From contig CAWJPJ010000008.1 of the NCBI GenBank assembly GCA_963844715.1, positions 160,001 to 224,000 of the forward strand: a stretch of DNA of 64,000 bases, in the 5' to 3' direction. Under the pieces are notes generated by a model. The model saw only the letters and a program-made list of their open reading frames with translations. It was not told the DNA's origin and searched no databases. This document shows positions 1-10,166 of this stretch, piece by piece. This DNA comes from an uncultured Phycisphaerales bacterium. GTDB taxonomy: Bacteria; Planctomycetota; Phycisphaerae; Tepidisphaerales; Tepidisphaeraceae. The translations under genes and the position numbers were made by a program. Each line of letters opens with the position of its first letter. The stretch's first letter is position 1.

Positions 1-633
1 CAGTTTAACTGCATTCTCGACCAAAAACGTGCCGATCCGCGTGCGCCGCAGTTCGGTCAGATACCCGCCGGTATTGAGCAGCATTCCCAGATCGCGGGCC
101 AGGGCGCGAATATAGGTGCCTTTGCCGCAATCGATGCGTAATTTGAGATACGGCCAGTTCCAATCGACGATTTCGATGCGATCGACCCGCACGGTGTTCG
201 ACTTGAGCGAGACAGTTTGTCCGTCGCGCACCAGGTCGCAAGCGCGGCGGCCGCGGATTTTCTTGGCGCTAAAATCCGGCGGCCTCTGTTGGATGACTCC
301 GGTCAGTTGTCCGGCGGCATGACGGATTTGCACCATGCTCGGCGGAATCGCGCCCGCCTCGGGGCGCTCGGGCGACTCAATGTCGTCCGTCGCCGTCGTA
401 GCCCCCAATTTAGTTACTGCGTCGTACGACTTATGCTGATCCATGACGATTTGACTGGCTTTAGTGGCTTTGCCGACCAGCAAAAGGAGTACTCCGGTGG
501 CAAACGGGTCAAGAGACCCGGCATGTCCAATCCGCGTGCCGCGCGGCAGAACCCGCTTCACGCGGTTGATCGCCGCCGCCGAGGAAATCCCGGCGGGTTT
601 GTCCAGATTGATGACGCCGTCCAAATTACGCAT
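1..633 (-). CDS. truB: tRNA pseudouridine(55) synthase, 3'-truncated by the window edge
   Basis: Translated by hand (absent from the ORF track because there is no stop): MRNLDGVINLDKPAGISS...IGHAGSLDPFATGVLLLLVGKATK...CGKGTYIRALARDLG...LTELRRTRIG, the TruB motifs. Confidence 0.95.
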   Translation of the reverse strand, partial: MRNLDGVINLDKPAGISSAAAINRVKRVLPRGTRIGHAGSLDPFATGVLLLLVGKATKASQIVMDQHKSYDAVTKLGATTATDDIESPERPEAGAIPPSMVQIRHAAGQLTGVIQQRPPDFSAKKIRGRRACDLVRDGQTVSLKSNTVRVDRIEIVDWNWPYLKLRIDCGKGTYIRALARDLGMLLNTGGYLTELRRTRIGTFLVENAVKL

Positions 634-727
634 GGAACTATGATAATTGACCGCAATATCCCCGGATTCTAACCGTTGTCGAATAGGCTATGGGCGCACT
701 ATAAAATTTAGTGAGGAAGCAACCATC

Positions 728-1496
728 ATGGTCTGGACCGAAGTACGCATCATAAGAGAACTTCGCGGGCTGCATCGAACGGGAAAAAAAATTTCATACA
801 ACGCACTGGCAAAAACGCACCAGGCCCTGCTCTCGGCGGCGGCGTATCACTTCGGATCCTACCGCCGCGCCGTCCAACACGCAGGGGTCGATTACGCGTC
901 GGTACTTCGCCGTCCTTGGTGGACGCGAAAAAAAATCATCGAGCTGATCAAAAAGGCGAAGCACAAGGGGGAGGATTTACACTGGTCCGCCGTCAGCCGG
1001 CGGGGGGATTTGCTCGGCAAAGGCGCCTTGGCGTCCCTTCAGCCGCGGCTCTTTGGCAAGTGGAGCCGGGCCCTGCACGCCGCCGGCCTGGACGCGGACG
1101 ACATCAGCCGCTATCAGCGCTGGGACCGCAACACCGTGGTCTTCGAGCTAAAGAGCCGGGCCCGCGATGCCGAGGCCATGAGCAGCGGGGCGATGCAAAA
1201 GCAGAGCGCCGCGCTCCATGCCGCTGCGGTGAGATATTTCGGCAGCTACGACGCCGCGCTGAAGGCTGCCCGCCTCGATCCAAAAGATTTCCGCCAGCGG
1301 CGAAAGTGGGATGCCCAGGCCGTCCTGAAGGAAATCCGCGCGACAAAAAGAGAGGGCGAACATCTGTCGGACACGCGCCGCTCGCCGAAAAAATCCCGCT
1401 CTATACGGCGCCGCGATCCGCTGGTTCGGCAGCTTCAAAGCCGCCCGCGTCAAAGCCGGCGTAAAATTCGTCCGCGGCAAACGAGCAAAACGGTAG
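728..1496 (+). CDS. Basic protein of four tandem ~65-aa helical repeats (homing-endonuclease-associated-repeat-like), putative DNA-binding; frameshift near 1375
   Basis: Four copies of W..xxII.xL...G..(I/L)S...AL..AA..xFGS(Y/W/F)..A...AG; the fourth repeat finishes in another frame (KNPALYGAAIRWFGSFKAARVKAG...KR*, stop 1494-1496). Confidence 0.7.
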
Positions 1497-1517
1497 TGCT
1501 CCGCGTTCCCCTCTGTC

Positions 1518-1567
1518 TCCCTCTCCCTGTCCTCCGCTGGTTTCCGCAGGATGGGTGAGGGTTCTTC
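1518..1567. repeat. REP-like palindromic repeat, half copy
   Basis: ccctctccc..cctccgctggtttccgcaggatgggtgagggttct, matching 27951-28003 and the element at 4301. Confidence 0.7.
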
Positions 1568-1575
1568 GCGTCCCC

Positions 1576-2574
1576 TTAATTACCCGCGTACCCCTTTGGG
1601 TGCTTACTAAACCAATTCCAAGCCGAGCGAATGATCGACTCCGGGTCGTTGTGCTTCGCTTCCCACCCCAAAAGCTTTTTCGCGCGCGAAGGATCGGCAT
1701 ACAGCGCAATCGCATCCCCAGCCCGGCGAGGCCCGTAAACCACCGGAACTTTCTTCCCCGTCACCTTCTCCGCCGCCGCGATAATCTGCTTCACGGAAAA
1801 CCCGTTCCCCGTACCGAGATTGCAATAAATGGGGCTGGCCTGCGAGAGCTTTTGCATGGCCAGGATATGGGCGTCCGCCAGATCGTCCACATGAATGTAG
1901 TCTCGAATGTTGGTCCCGTCCGGCGTCGGATAATCGGTCCCAAAAACCGTGAGCTGCGGCTTGAGCCCCAGGATCGCCTGCAAAATCACCGGGATCAAAT
2001 GCGTTTCCGGCTCATGATCTTCCCCCAGCGACCCGTCCATCGCCGCGCCGCTGGCGTTGAAATACCGCAGCGCCGCGAATTTGAATTTCTTGTCCGCCAC
2101 CGACTGATCCTGAAGAATCTGCTCGACCATCAATTTGCTCCGCCCGTAAGGCGAGACCGGGGCTTTCTTTTCGTCCTCAGTGATGGGGATTTTGTCCGGA
2201 TCCCCGTACGTAGCGCAGGTGCTCGAAAAGACGAAATTTGAAACGCCGGTTTCTTGCATGGCCTGCAAAACGCTGACGGTCGTAGCTACGTTGTTGTGAT
2301 AGTAAAGCAGAGGCTTCTCGACGCTCTCCCCCACATAGGCATACGCCGCAAAGTGCATGATCGTGTCGATCTTGTGCTGCTTGAGAGCCGCCGTGAGCGC
2401 GTGGCGGTCATTCAAGTCCGCGAAGATCGCCGGGACTTTGACGATCTCGGCGACTTCGCGATGACCGCGCGAGAGATTGTCATAAATAACCGGATTATGC
2501 CCGGCTTCCTTGAGGCGCTTGACCGTATGAGACCCAATATAACCGGCGCCGCCGGCGACAAGGACGTTCATCAC
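1576..2574 (-). CDS. galE: UDP-glucose 4-epimerase
   Basis: GGAGYIGS, FSSTCATYG, YGRSK, LRYFNA, RDYIHV motifs; AAGGAG RBS. Confidence 0.95.
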   Translation of the reverse strand: MMNVLVAGGAGYIGSHTVKRLKEAGHNPVIYDNLSRGHREVAEIVKVPAIFADLNDRHALTAALKQHKIDTIMHFAAYAYVGESVEKPLLYYHNNVATTVSVLQAMQETGVSNFVFSSTCATYGDPDKIPITEDEKKAPVSPYGRSKLMVEQILQDQSVADKKFKFAALRYFNASGAAMDGSLGEDHEPETHLIPVILQAILGLKPQLTVFGTDYPTPDGTNIRDYIHVDDLADAHILAMQKLSQASPIYCNLGTGNGFSVKQIIAAAEKVTGKKVPVVYGPRRAGDAIALYADPSRAKKLLGWEAKHNDPESIIRSAWNWFSKHPKGYAGN

Positions 2575-2650
2575 TCTTTCTCCTTAGAGGGCGAGTATAT
2601 GGCGGACAGGCGGTTGTGGGGAGGGAGGAAGAGTATAATGGCCTACCGCC

Positions 2651-3139
2651 ATGGAAGATCGCCCGCCGGGGAGCGAAACAAAACCACTGGTGCCGCTCTC
2701 CTACGCGACTCCGAAAGAAGATCTCCCGGCGGCAGCGGAAGCATTTACTCTCATGGCGTTCTTTGCGGTGGCGGCGCTCGCCGTCGTGTTTACGGTCACA
2801 GCTCTCTTCCTGGTCCGTTTCTCTTTCAGCCTCGATTCAATCTTCACGGTGCTGATTCCAGGCCTTTTGGAGGTGTCGATTGGCAGCGGTGTCCTTTTTC
2901 TTGCCTGCTGGTGGCGATGGCGCTGTAAAGGTAGCCGACTGAGGCGGCGCGCGGCGTGGCCATTCGCGGTGATTTTCGTCATCGTTATTTATGCGAGTTT
3001 CTTCCGATTAGGCTACTTTATCCTCTTCGGGCTATTCACCAATCGGGAATTGGCGGCGATGATTTTTGTTTGGCCATGCATTTTTGGGTTACTCAGCCCG
3101 TACTTCCTTTTGACTCGAACCGACCGGTTGAATAGTTGA
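2651..3139 (+). CDS. Hypothetical membrane protein (~4 TM)
   Basis: Four hydrophobic segments, N-terminal LSYATP; TATAAT at 2634-2639. Confidence 0.7.
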   Translation: MEDRPPGSETKPLVPLSYATPKEDLPAAAEAFTLMAFFAVAALAVVFTVTALFLVRFSFSLDSIFTVLIPGLLEVSIGSGVLFLACWWRWRCKGSRLRRRAAWPFAVIFVIVIYASFFRLGYFILFGLFTNRELAAMIFVWPCIFGLLSPYFLLTRTDRLNS

Positions 3140-3228
3140 CGCGCCCTCCCCGCGTTATTTGCTTGCGGGGGGTGCGGTGGTTATCTTTCGCGTCGGCTGC
3201 CATTCAAGGACCGGATGGAGACTCACGC

Positions 3229-4284
3229 GTGATTTTCGACTCGCTTTTGGGAATGTTCAGTGTCGATATGGGCATCGACCTGGGCACCTGCAATACCTTG
3301 GTGTGTGTAAAAGGCCAGGGAATTGTTCTGAACGAACCGAGCGTGGTGGCCGTCAAGAAGGGGACCAGCCGGGTTTTGCAGAACGGCAACGCCGTCGGGC
3401 TGGTTGCCAAGGAAATGCTGGGGAAAACGCCGGGATCGATCACCGCGATTCGGCCGCTCAAAGACGGGGTCATCAGCGATTTTGAAATCACCCAGGCGAT
3501 GCTCTCCTATTTCATCCGCCGCGTGCACGGGCGAAAGCATTTCATCGGCCCGCGCGTGGTCATCGCGATTCCCTCCGGCATCACCGCCGTCGAGCGCCGC
3601 GCCGTCTATGACAGCGCCGAGCGCGCCGGCGCCCGCCGCGTATATCTCGTCGAAGAACCCATGGCCGCCGCAATCGGCGCCGGCCTTCCCGTCATCGAGC
3701 CGACGGCCAGCATGATCGTCGACATCGGCGGCGGCACCACCGAAGTCGCCATCATCTCCCTGGCCGACATCACCGTCTGCGAATCGGTCCGCGTCGCCGG
3801 CGACGACTTCGACGAGGCGATCGTCAATCACATGAAGCGAACCTACAACATGGCGATAGGCGAGCAGACCGCCGAGCGAATCAAAATCGAAATCGGCTCC
3901 GCCGGCCCGCAGGGAGATCACGAGCCGACCATGGAAGTGCGCGGCAGAGACATGATCAGCGGCTTGCCGAGAAAAACCACCGTCACCAGCGAAGAAATCC
4001 GCGAAGCGCTCCAGGAACCCGTCACCCAGATCATTCAGGCGGTCACCCGCACGCTCGAACTGGCCGAGCCGGAACTGGCGGCAGATCTCGTCGAAAACGG
4101 CATCACCATGGCCGGAGGCTCCTCGCTCCTGCGCGGCCTGCCCAGCGTCATCGGCAACGCCACCGGCCTCGATGTTCGATTGGCCGAAGACCCCCTCACC
4201 TGCGTCGCTCGCGGAACCAGCGTCTATCTGGAAAACCTCGAGGTGTGGAAAGACACCATGGAATCAGACGCCGACGAACGCTGA
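3229..4284 (+). CDS. mreB: Rod shape-determining protein MreB
   Basis: GIDLGTCNT, EPSVVA, RPLKDGVI, DIGGGTTEVA; GTG start after GGAG. Confidence 0.97.
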   Translation: MIFDSLLGMFSVDMGIDLGTCNTLVCVKGQGIVLNEPSVVAVKKGTSRVLQNGNAVGLVAKEMLGKTPGSITAIRPLKDGVISDFEITQAMLSYFIRRVHGRKHFIGPRVVIAIPSGITAVERRAVYDSAERAGARRVYLVEEPMAAAIGAGLPVIEPTASMIVDIGGGTTEVAIISLADITVCESVRVAGDDFDEAIVNHMKRTYNMAIGEQTAERIKIEIGSAGPQGDHEPTMEVRGRDMISGLPRKTTVTSEEIREALQEPVTQIIQAVTRTLELAEPELAADLVENGITMAGGSSLLRGLPSVIGNATGLDVRLAEDPLTCVARGTSVYLENLEVWKDTMESDADER

Positions 4285-4300
4285 TCGCGGAGACGGGATT

Positions 4301-4405
4301 TCCCCCTCTCCATGTACTCAGGGAGAGGGCTGGGGTGAGGGTTCTTTCGCGTCGGTCGGAAATGCCCCTCACCCTAATCCTCTCCCCGATTACAGGGAGA
4401 GGGGA
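4301..4405. repeat. REP-like element, two inverted hairpin arms, between mreB and mreC
   Basis: ccctctccatgtactcagggagagggctggggtgagggt ... cccctcaccctaatcctctccccgattacagggagagggg; left arm 40/42 identical to 15492-15533. Confidence 0.85.
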
Positions 4406-4455
4406 CAAATGCGGCTCTGCAGGTCCGGGTGATGTGCCGGTCGAACTGAGCTTTC

Positions 4456-5304
4456 GTGTTCAATTTGCGATTCAATCAAGTTTTTCTCGCTTTGATGGGG
4501 TTGAGCTTTCTTTGCGCATTTGCCGCCCCCACGAGATTTTCGGAAATTCGCCGGGTCCCGCTAGACGCCCTCCTGGTTCCCATCTCAAGCCCCAGCTATC
4601 ACATCGCCACCTGGCTGCGTCGCAGGCTCGTCCGCACCGAGCCGGAAGATCAGCGTTCCCTCGACGCCATCCGCGAGGAGAATCTCGAACTGAAACAGGA
4701 AGTCAGCCGCCTGCAAATGGAAGTCGATCGGCTCGGCGCCCTGGCAAACGAGAGGCAAGCCCTGGGTGATCTAAAAAGCCTGTGCGATCGCTTCGCCGTC
4801 GCGGGAACCGATTCAGGAAATCGCGACGGCTTGACCCTCAGCGGAATTAACTCGCAAGTGCAAACGGATGACGCCGTGCTCTACGGCGGGGGCCTCGCCG
4901 GCCGCATCGACCGCGCCGGCGAAGGCGTCGCCCACGTCCGCCTCATCACCGACTCCGGCTTCGTCGTCAGCGGCGAATTCGTGCGCTTCGAAAAACAGCC
5001 CGACGGCACCCTCCAGGCCGTCAAAATTTCCCAGCTCCTTCCCATCATCCAGGGCGACGGCGGGGGGCAGATGCTCATCGCCAATCTCCCCCTTCAAGAT
5101 GTGAAGAATGCGCAGATTCAGCCCGACGATTGGGTTGTGCTCTCGGATAATCTTTGGCCGACGTCCATCCAAGGCATTCGCGTCGGCCGCGTTGCGTCGA
5201 TCCGCCGCGCGCAAAAGGCGGCGCTCTTTGCGGAAATCAGATTGGAACCGGAAGCCGGACTCATGCGCCTGGCCGACGTCTGGGTCATGACGCGCAAGCC
5301 TTAA
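4456..5304 (+). CDS. mreC: Rod shape-determining protein MreC
   Basis: N-terminal TM, coiled coil (EENLELKQEV), GLAGRI..VRLITD, GIRVGRV; follows mreB. Confidence 0.85.
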   Translation: MFNLRFNQVFLALMGLSFLCAFAAPTRFSEIRRVPLDALLVPISSPSYHIATWLRRRLVRTEPEDQRSLDAIREENLELKQEVSRLQMEVDRLGALANERQALGDLKSLCDRFAVAGTDSGNRDGLTLSGINSQVQTDDAVLYGGGLAGRIDRAGEGVAHVRLITDSGFVVSGEFVRFEKQPDGTLQAVKISQLLPIIQGDGGGQMLIANLPLQDVKNAQIQPDDWVVLSDNLWPTSIQGIRVGRVASIRRAQKAALFAEIRLEPEAGLMRLADVWVMTRKP

Positions 5305-5307
5305 GCC

Positions 5308-5835
5308 ATGCGTTGGAGCACAATCGCCATCCTCGCCTACGTCACCCTCGGCTTGCAGACCGGTTTGTCCGTCGCGATGGACGTGGGAGGCGCGGGACCC
5401 AATTTCGTTCTCATCGCCGTGATATTCATCTGTCTCAATGCCCCGCGCGACACGGCGCTTCTGGCGGCGTTTCTTCTCGGCGCATTGCAGGACCTGACCA
5501 GTCAAGGAACAATGGGCCTCTATTCGTTCAGCTACGGCTTGGTCGGATTGATGGCGACCTCCGCCCGGCAAACCGTCTACCGCGAGCACGCCCTGACACA
5601 TTTTTCCCTCGTTCTGGCGGCGGGGATCTTGACGGCAATGGTCCTCGCGGTCCACGATCGTCTTCGCCCCCCGGGCGCGGGAATCCGCCCGTCGGCCTGC
5701 GCCGCTCTTTTATGCGGCGATCTATTCGGCGCTGGCGGCCGTAGTAGTCCTGGCGCTCTGCAGAGAATCAAAGGCGTCTTCCGCTTTCAGTCCTCGCAGC
5801 GAGGGAAAATGCCCAGGGTCCTGGGCCGCCGCTGA
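5308..5835 (+). CDS. mreD: Rod shape-determining protein MreD (compensating indels near the 3' end)
   Basis: Multi-TM, PNFVLI, FLLGALQDL, GLYSFSY; operon position. Confidence 0.85.
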   Translation: MRWSTIAILAYVTLGLQTGLSVAMDVGGAGPNFVLIAVIFICLNAPRDTALLAAFLLGALQDLTSQGTMGLYSFSYGLVGLMATSARQTVYREHALTHFSLVLAAGILTAMVLAVHDRLRPPGAGIRPSACAALLCGDLFGAGGRSSPGALQRIKGVFRFQSSQRGKMPRVLGRR

Positions 5836-5859
5836 TCGAAATGTTCCCAAGGATGGGTC

Positions 5860-8147
5860 ATGTTTCAACGCCGCCTGAAAGTCCTCCTCTTTTTCATGTT
5901 GCTGATCGGGCGCGCTCCTGACGCTCCGGGCGGCGCAAATTCAATGGCTCCAGCGCAATTACTGGCGGGCCGAAGCCTCCGATCTGATGAAGCGCTGGGA
6001 GCCGGTCGAAACCACCCGCGGCTCAATCCTCGACCGCAAGGGCCGCGTCCTGGCCTTCGACGCCCCGTGCATCGACGCCTGCGTCGATTATCGCGCCATC
6101 GTCGAGGACCCGGATGAGGATTGGCTGCGCAAAAAAGCCCAGGAACGCCTCGAGGAGCAGCTAGGGGATCAGTACAAGGACGTTCGCCGTTCCGATCGCT
6201 GGCCCGCCATGCTCGACAGCGAAACCGCCAAAGCCCACGACGATCTCAACGCCATGTGGGCCGAACTGGCCGAAGTCTCCGGCAACTCGTCCGATGAAAT
6301 CGACGACCTCCGCCGTTCGATCGTCGAGCGCGTCGAAATGCGCCGCCGTTATCTCTGGTGGCGCAACTTCGAACAGGCCTCCAAAAAAACCGCCCAGGGA
6401 AAATCCCCCGCCTGGTACCGCGATTTTCTCTCGGACACCGGCAGCGACGAATCGATCGATCAATTTGAGCTGGACATCGCCGAGCAAACCGAGCCGCACG
6501 TCATCCTTCCCGCCGTCGATCCCCAAACCCAGGCGATTCTCGCCCGTCAGGAGGATCGCTTCTTCGCCCTCTCCCTCCTCCCAAGCAAACACCGCGAATA
6601 TCCTTACGGCCGATCGGCGTGCCATCTCATGGGCCACCTCGCCCAAGTCACTGCCGATCAAGTCGGAGCGAACGACCCGTTCGGCGACGACGAGCTTCGC
6701 CGATATTGGCCGAATGACCTGGTCGGAACCGGCGGCATCGAAGGCCTCTGCGAAAAAACCCTCCGCGGGCGCGCGGCCGAGTCGAAAAAATCGCCGGCAC
6801 CGACGAAACCCTCGCCAGCGTCGATCCCATCCCCGGTCAGGATGTGAAGATGACCATCGATATCGACCTCCAGCAGGATATCGAAGCGGCGTTCGCCAAA
6901 CGCCGCCAAATCGAAGGCGATACACGCTACGACCAGCACGGCGCCGCCGTCGTTCTGGAGGTGGCGACCGATGAAGTCCTGGCGATGGCCTCGAACCCCG
7001 GATTCGACCCCAACATGCTCGATCTGGAATATCCGATGCTCGCCCGCGACGATTTAAACTTGCCCCTGCTCAATCTGCGCCACCCAAATGGCAATGGAGC
7101 CGGGATCCACGGTGAAAACCATCGTGGGATGCGGCTCGATCACCCACGGCTTCATGACCCCGACGAGCACCGTCGAATGCACCGGATACCTCGTTTTGCG
7201 AGGCGTGAAATATCACGTCGGCCGATGCTGGGTCGCCGGGCTGTATGAGGCGGGCAAAATTCCGTCGCCCATGCATCACCCAGTCCCGATTCCGCACCCG
7301 ACGGGTTTCCTGACGATCTCCGACGGCCTGGAGCGAAGTTGCAACGTCGTTTTTGAAACCATCGCCGACATGATGGGCATGCGCGAGCTGAGTTATTGGT
7401 TCGATCAGTTTGGATTGGGCCGTCCCACGGGAATCGGGATCGACGAAAGCTCCGGCATGATTCCCGATCCCGTGGACGCGTCCGTCCATTCACCGTTGAG
7501 AATGTGGACATGGTTCGCCGGCATCGGCCAGGGCCGCGTGCACGCCACTCCGCTGCAAATGGCGCAGGTCGCCGCCACCATCGCCCGCAACGGTATCTGG
7601 ATGCGGCCAAGACTCGTTGCCGATGAGGACGTCGCTCCCGCCGCCACCCGCCCCGTGGAAATGGGACCCGAGGAAGTCGATTTGCATCTCGCCCCCCAGG
7701 CCGTCGCCGCCGTTCGCGAAGGGATGCGCCGCGTGGTCAACAGCGACGCCGGCACCGGAACCCAGATCCGCCCCGACTTGCAAAACCCCCCCGACCCCAA
7801 TGATCCACTTCTAGGAATTGAAATCGCCGGCAAGACCGGATCGGCGCAAACCCAACTCATGACCATCCCCGTGCGCGACGCCAACGGCGACATCATCAAA
7901 ATCAACGGACGCGTCGAGCGCAGTCCCGGTCGAACTGGGAACGCCGGGAACCGAGGGTTGGTACCAAGGCTCCGGTGCCGCAAAACACATGGATCACGCC
8001 TGGTTTATTGGCTATGCTCCCGCCTCGCACCCGCAAGTCGCCTTTTGCGTTTTCGTCGAATACGGCGAAGCCGGCGGTCCCGTCGCGGGCGTAATCGCCC
8101 ATGACGTGCTTGAAGCATGTGTCCGGCGCGGCTACCTTTCGAAGTGA
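5860..8147 (+). CDS. mrdA: Penicillin-binding protein 2 (class B transpeptidase), split by at least 4 indels
   Basis: RGSILDRKG, REYPYG, GSTVK (SxxK), SCN (SxN), TPLQMA, AGKTGSAQ (KTG), ending WFIGYAP...VEYG...RGYLSK* at 8147. Confidence 0.9.
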
Positions 8148-8154
8148 GGAGACC

Positions 8155-8992
8155 TTGACCCAGCCGCCCACCAAGTCCAAATCGCCGTCTTCTTCGCTAC
8201 CGTATGCGACGGGAACGTATAAGCCGACCGAGGCGTCCGCCGCCTCCACCGCGCCCCGGCGCCGCCCCGTCCGATCACCCGCGCCGTGAAACTGCGAAGC
8301 TGGTGGGAGCCTTCCGTCCGGTTCTGGTGGCTGGCGACTCTGGCGCAGTTGTTCATCGGAATCTGGTTCCTTTCCGACCAGATCACCACCTACGTTCACG
8401 AAAGGGAATTGATCCGGAACGGAGTTCCCGTCACGGCGACCATCGTTTCCGCCGGAGACGAGCACGACTCCCGCGCCAGCCGGATTTTCCCGCCCGATGC
8501 CCCCTGCGATATCACGTTTAATTTCAACGGGCAGGCCATCTCCCTCTCGGGGGTGACGCTGACCGTCGTCAACGACACCGATTTCATTCATCCCGGCCAG
8601 ACGATTTCGCTGCGCGTCGATCCATCCGACCCATCCGTCTGGACCGACCGCACGCAGCCGGAATTGCTGGCGCGCCGTCTGGTTGCCGGTTCGCTCATGC
8701 TGCCCACAACCCTGGCGACTCTCATCGCTTCATTGCTGCTCCAGCGGCGGGTGATTCGCACCTGGCGCGACTCCGGCGCGCTGGAATACGCGGTGGTCAG
8801 CACCACACGTTCCGCGCTGCGCCCCTGTCGCACCTGGTGCGTTGCGAGCCGATCTCCGTCGGGGCGGATCGGCGACTGGTCACCGTTTACCTGCCCGCGA
8901 GATTCGCCAAGCCGGCGCCGGGGGAGGTGCTATGGATTATGCATCCGCCGGGCAGGCCGCAGGCGTCGATCGCCGCGGCGGCTTACGAATGA
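8155..8992 (+). CDS. Two-TM membrane protein with a small extracytoplasmic beta domain (DUF3592-like), 2 indels
   Basis: TM, LIRNGVPVTATIV...PGQTISLRVDPSDPS, TM; stop overlaps the rodA ATG; start codon uncertain. Confidence 0.6.
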
Positions 8993-10166
8993 ACCGGGTT
9001 TGGCAACAGCTCGCCATCGCCACGAACTGGCCGGTTCTGGCGGCGGTCGCACTCCTGCTCGCCCTGGGCGTGCTGAGCGTCTGGTCCAGTTCCCCGGCCG
9101 ACGGCGCCAAGCAGGTTTTTTTCGTCCTCGTCGCCATCGCCTTAATGGGCGCCGTGCAGGCGATCAATTACGTCAACCTGGGCCGCTGGGCCTGGGGCCT
9201 CTATATCCTCAGCCTGGCGCTGATTATCTACACGCTGCTGGGCGCCGCCGCCGAAAAGCATCATCACCCCCTCCCCGGCGTGCACGCGATCAATCATGTC
9301 CATTGCTGGATCACCTTCGCCGGCTTCAGCTTTGAGCCGTCGGAGCTGATGAAGATTTCCTATGTCATGGTGCTGGCGCGGTATCTGAGGTTTCGCAACA
9401 ACTATCGCACGCTCCCAGGCCTTTTGCCGCCTCTGGTGCTCACGATCTTGCCGATGGCACTGATCCTGAAGCAGCCCGCCCTGGGCGTCGCGACCCTTTT
9501 CGTCCCGACCCTCATGGCCATGCTCTTCGTCGCCGGCGCAAGATCAGCCACCTGGCCGTCGTCGTCGGAATCGGCGCGGCGCTGGCCCCGATTTTTTGGT
9601 TGTCGGGCGAACCGAACGTCCCGGTGCTGAAATATTTGCCGACTTTTGTGCACGAATATCAGCGCGGTTACGTGCGAGGTTTATTCGGGGACGACCCCAA
9701 GACCCTCCGCGAATCGGGATTCCAACAGCAGCGCGCCCTCGTCGCCAGCGGGTCCGGCGGACTGACCGGCAAAGGGGCGGGGGTCATTCCCGTCGGTCAA
9801 GGCGTCCCCGAAGCGCGCAACGACATGATCTTCGCCATCATCGGCGAGCAGTTCGGCCTCATCGGCTCAATCACCGTCGTGGCCGCATACATCGTCCTCT
9901 TCGTCGCGGGCATCGAAATCGCCGCCGCGACCCGCGAGCCGTTCGGAAGATTGGTCGCGGTAGGCATCGTCACGTTCCTGGCCGCGCAGGCGTTTTTGAA
10001 TCTAATGGTGGTCATGCGCCTCTTCCCCGTGACCGGCGTAACTCTGCCTTTCGTCAGCTCCGGAGGAAGCAGCCTCGTGGCCAGTTGCATCGCCGCCGGA
10101 TTGCTGCTCAACATCGGACAATACCGCCCGCTGGTCATCGCGCGGGATAGTTTTGAATTCGATTGA
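8989..10166 (+). CDS. rodA: SEDS peptidoglycan polymerase RodA, frameshift near 9545
   Basis: FEPSELMK, LILKQP, GSGGLTGKG, PEARNDMIFAIIGEQFG, PVTGVTLPFVSSGGSS. Confidence 0.9.
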
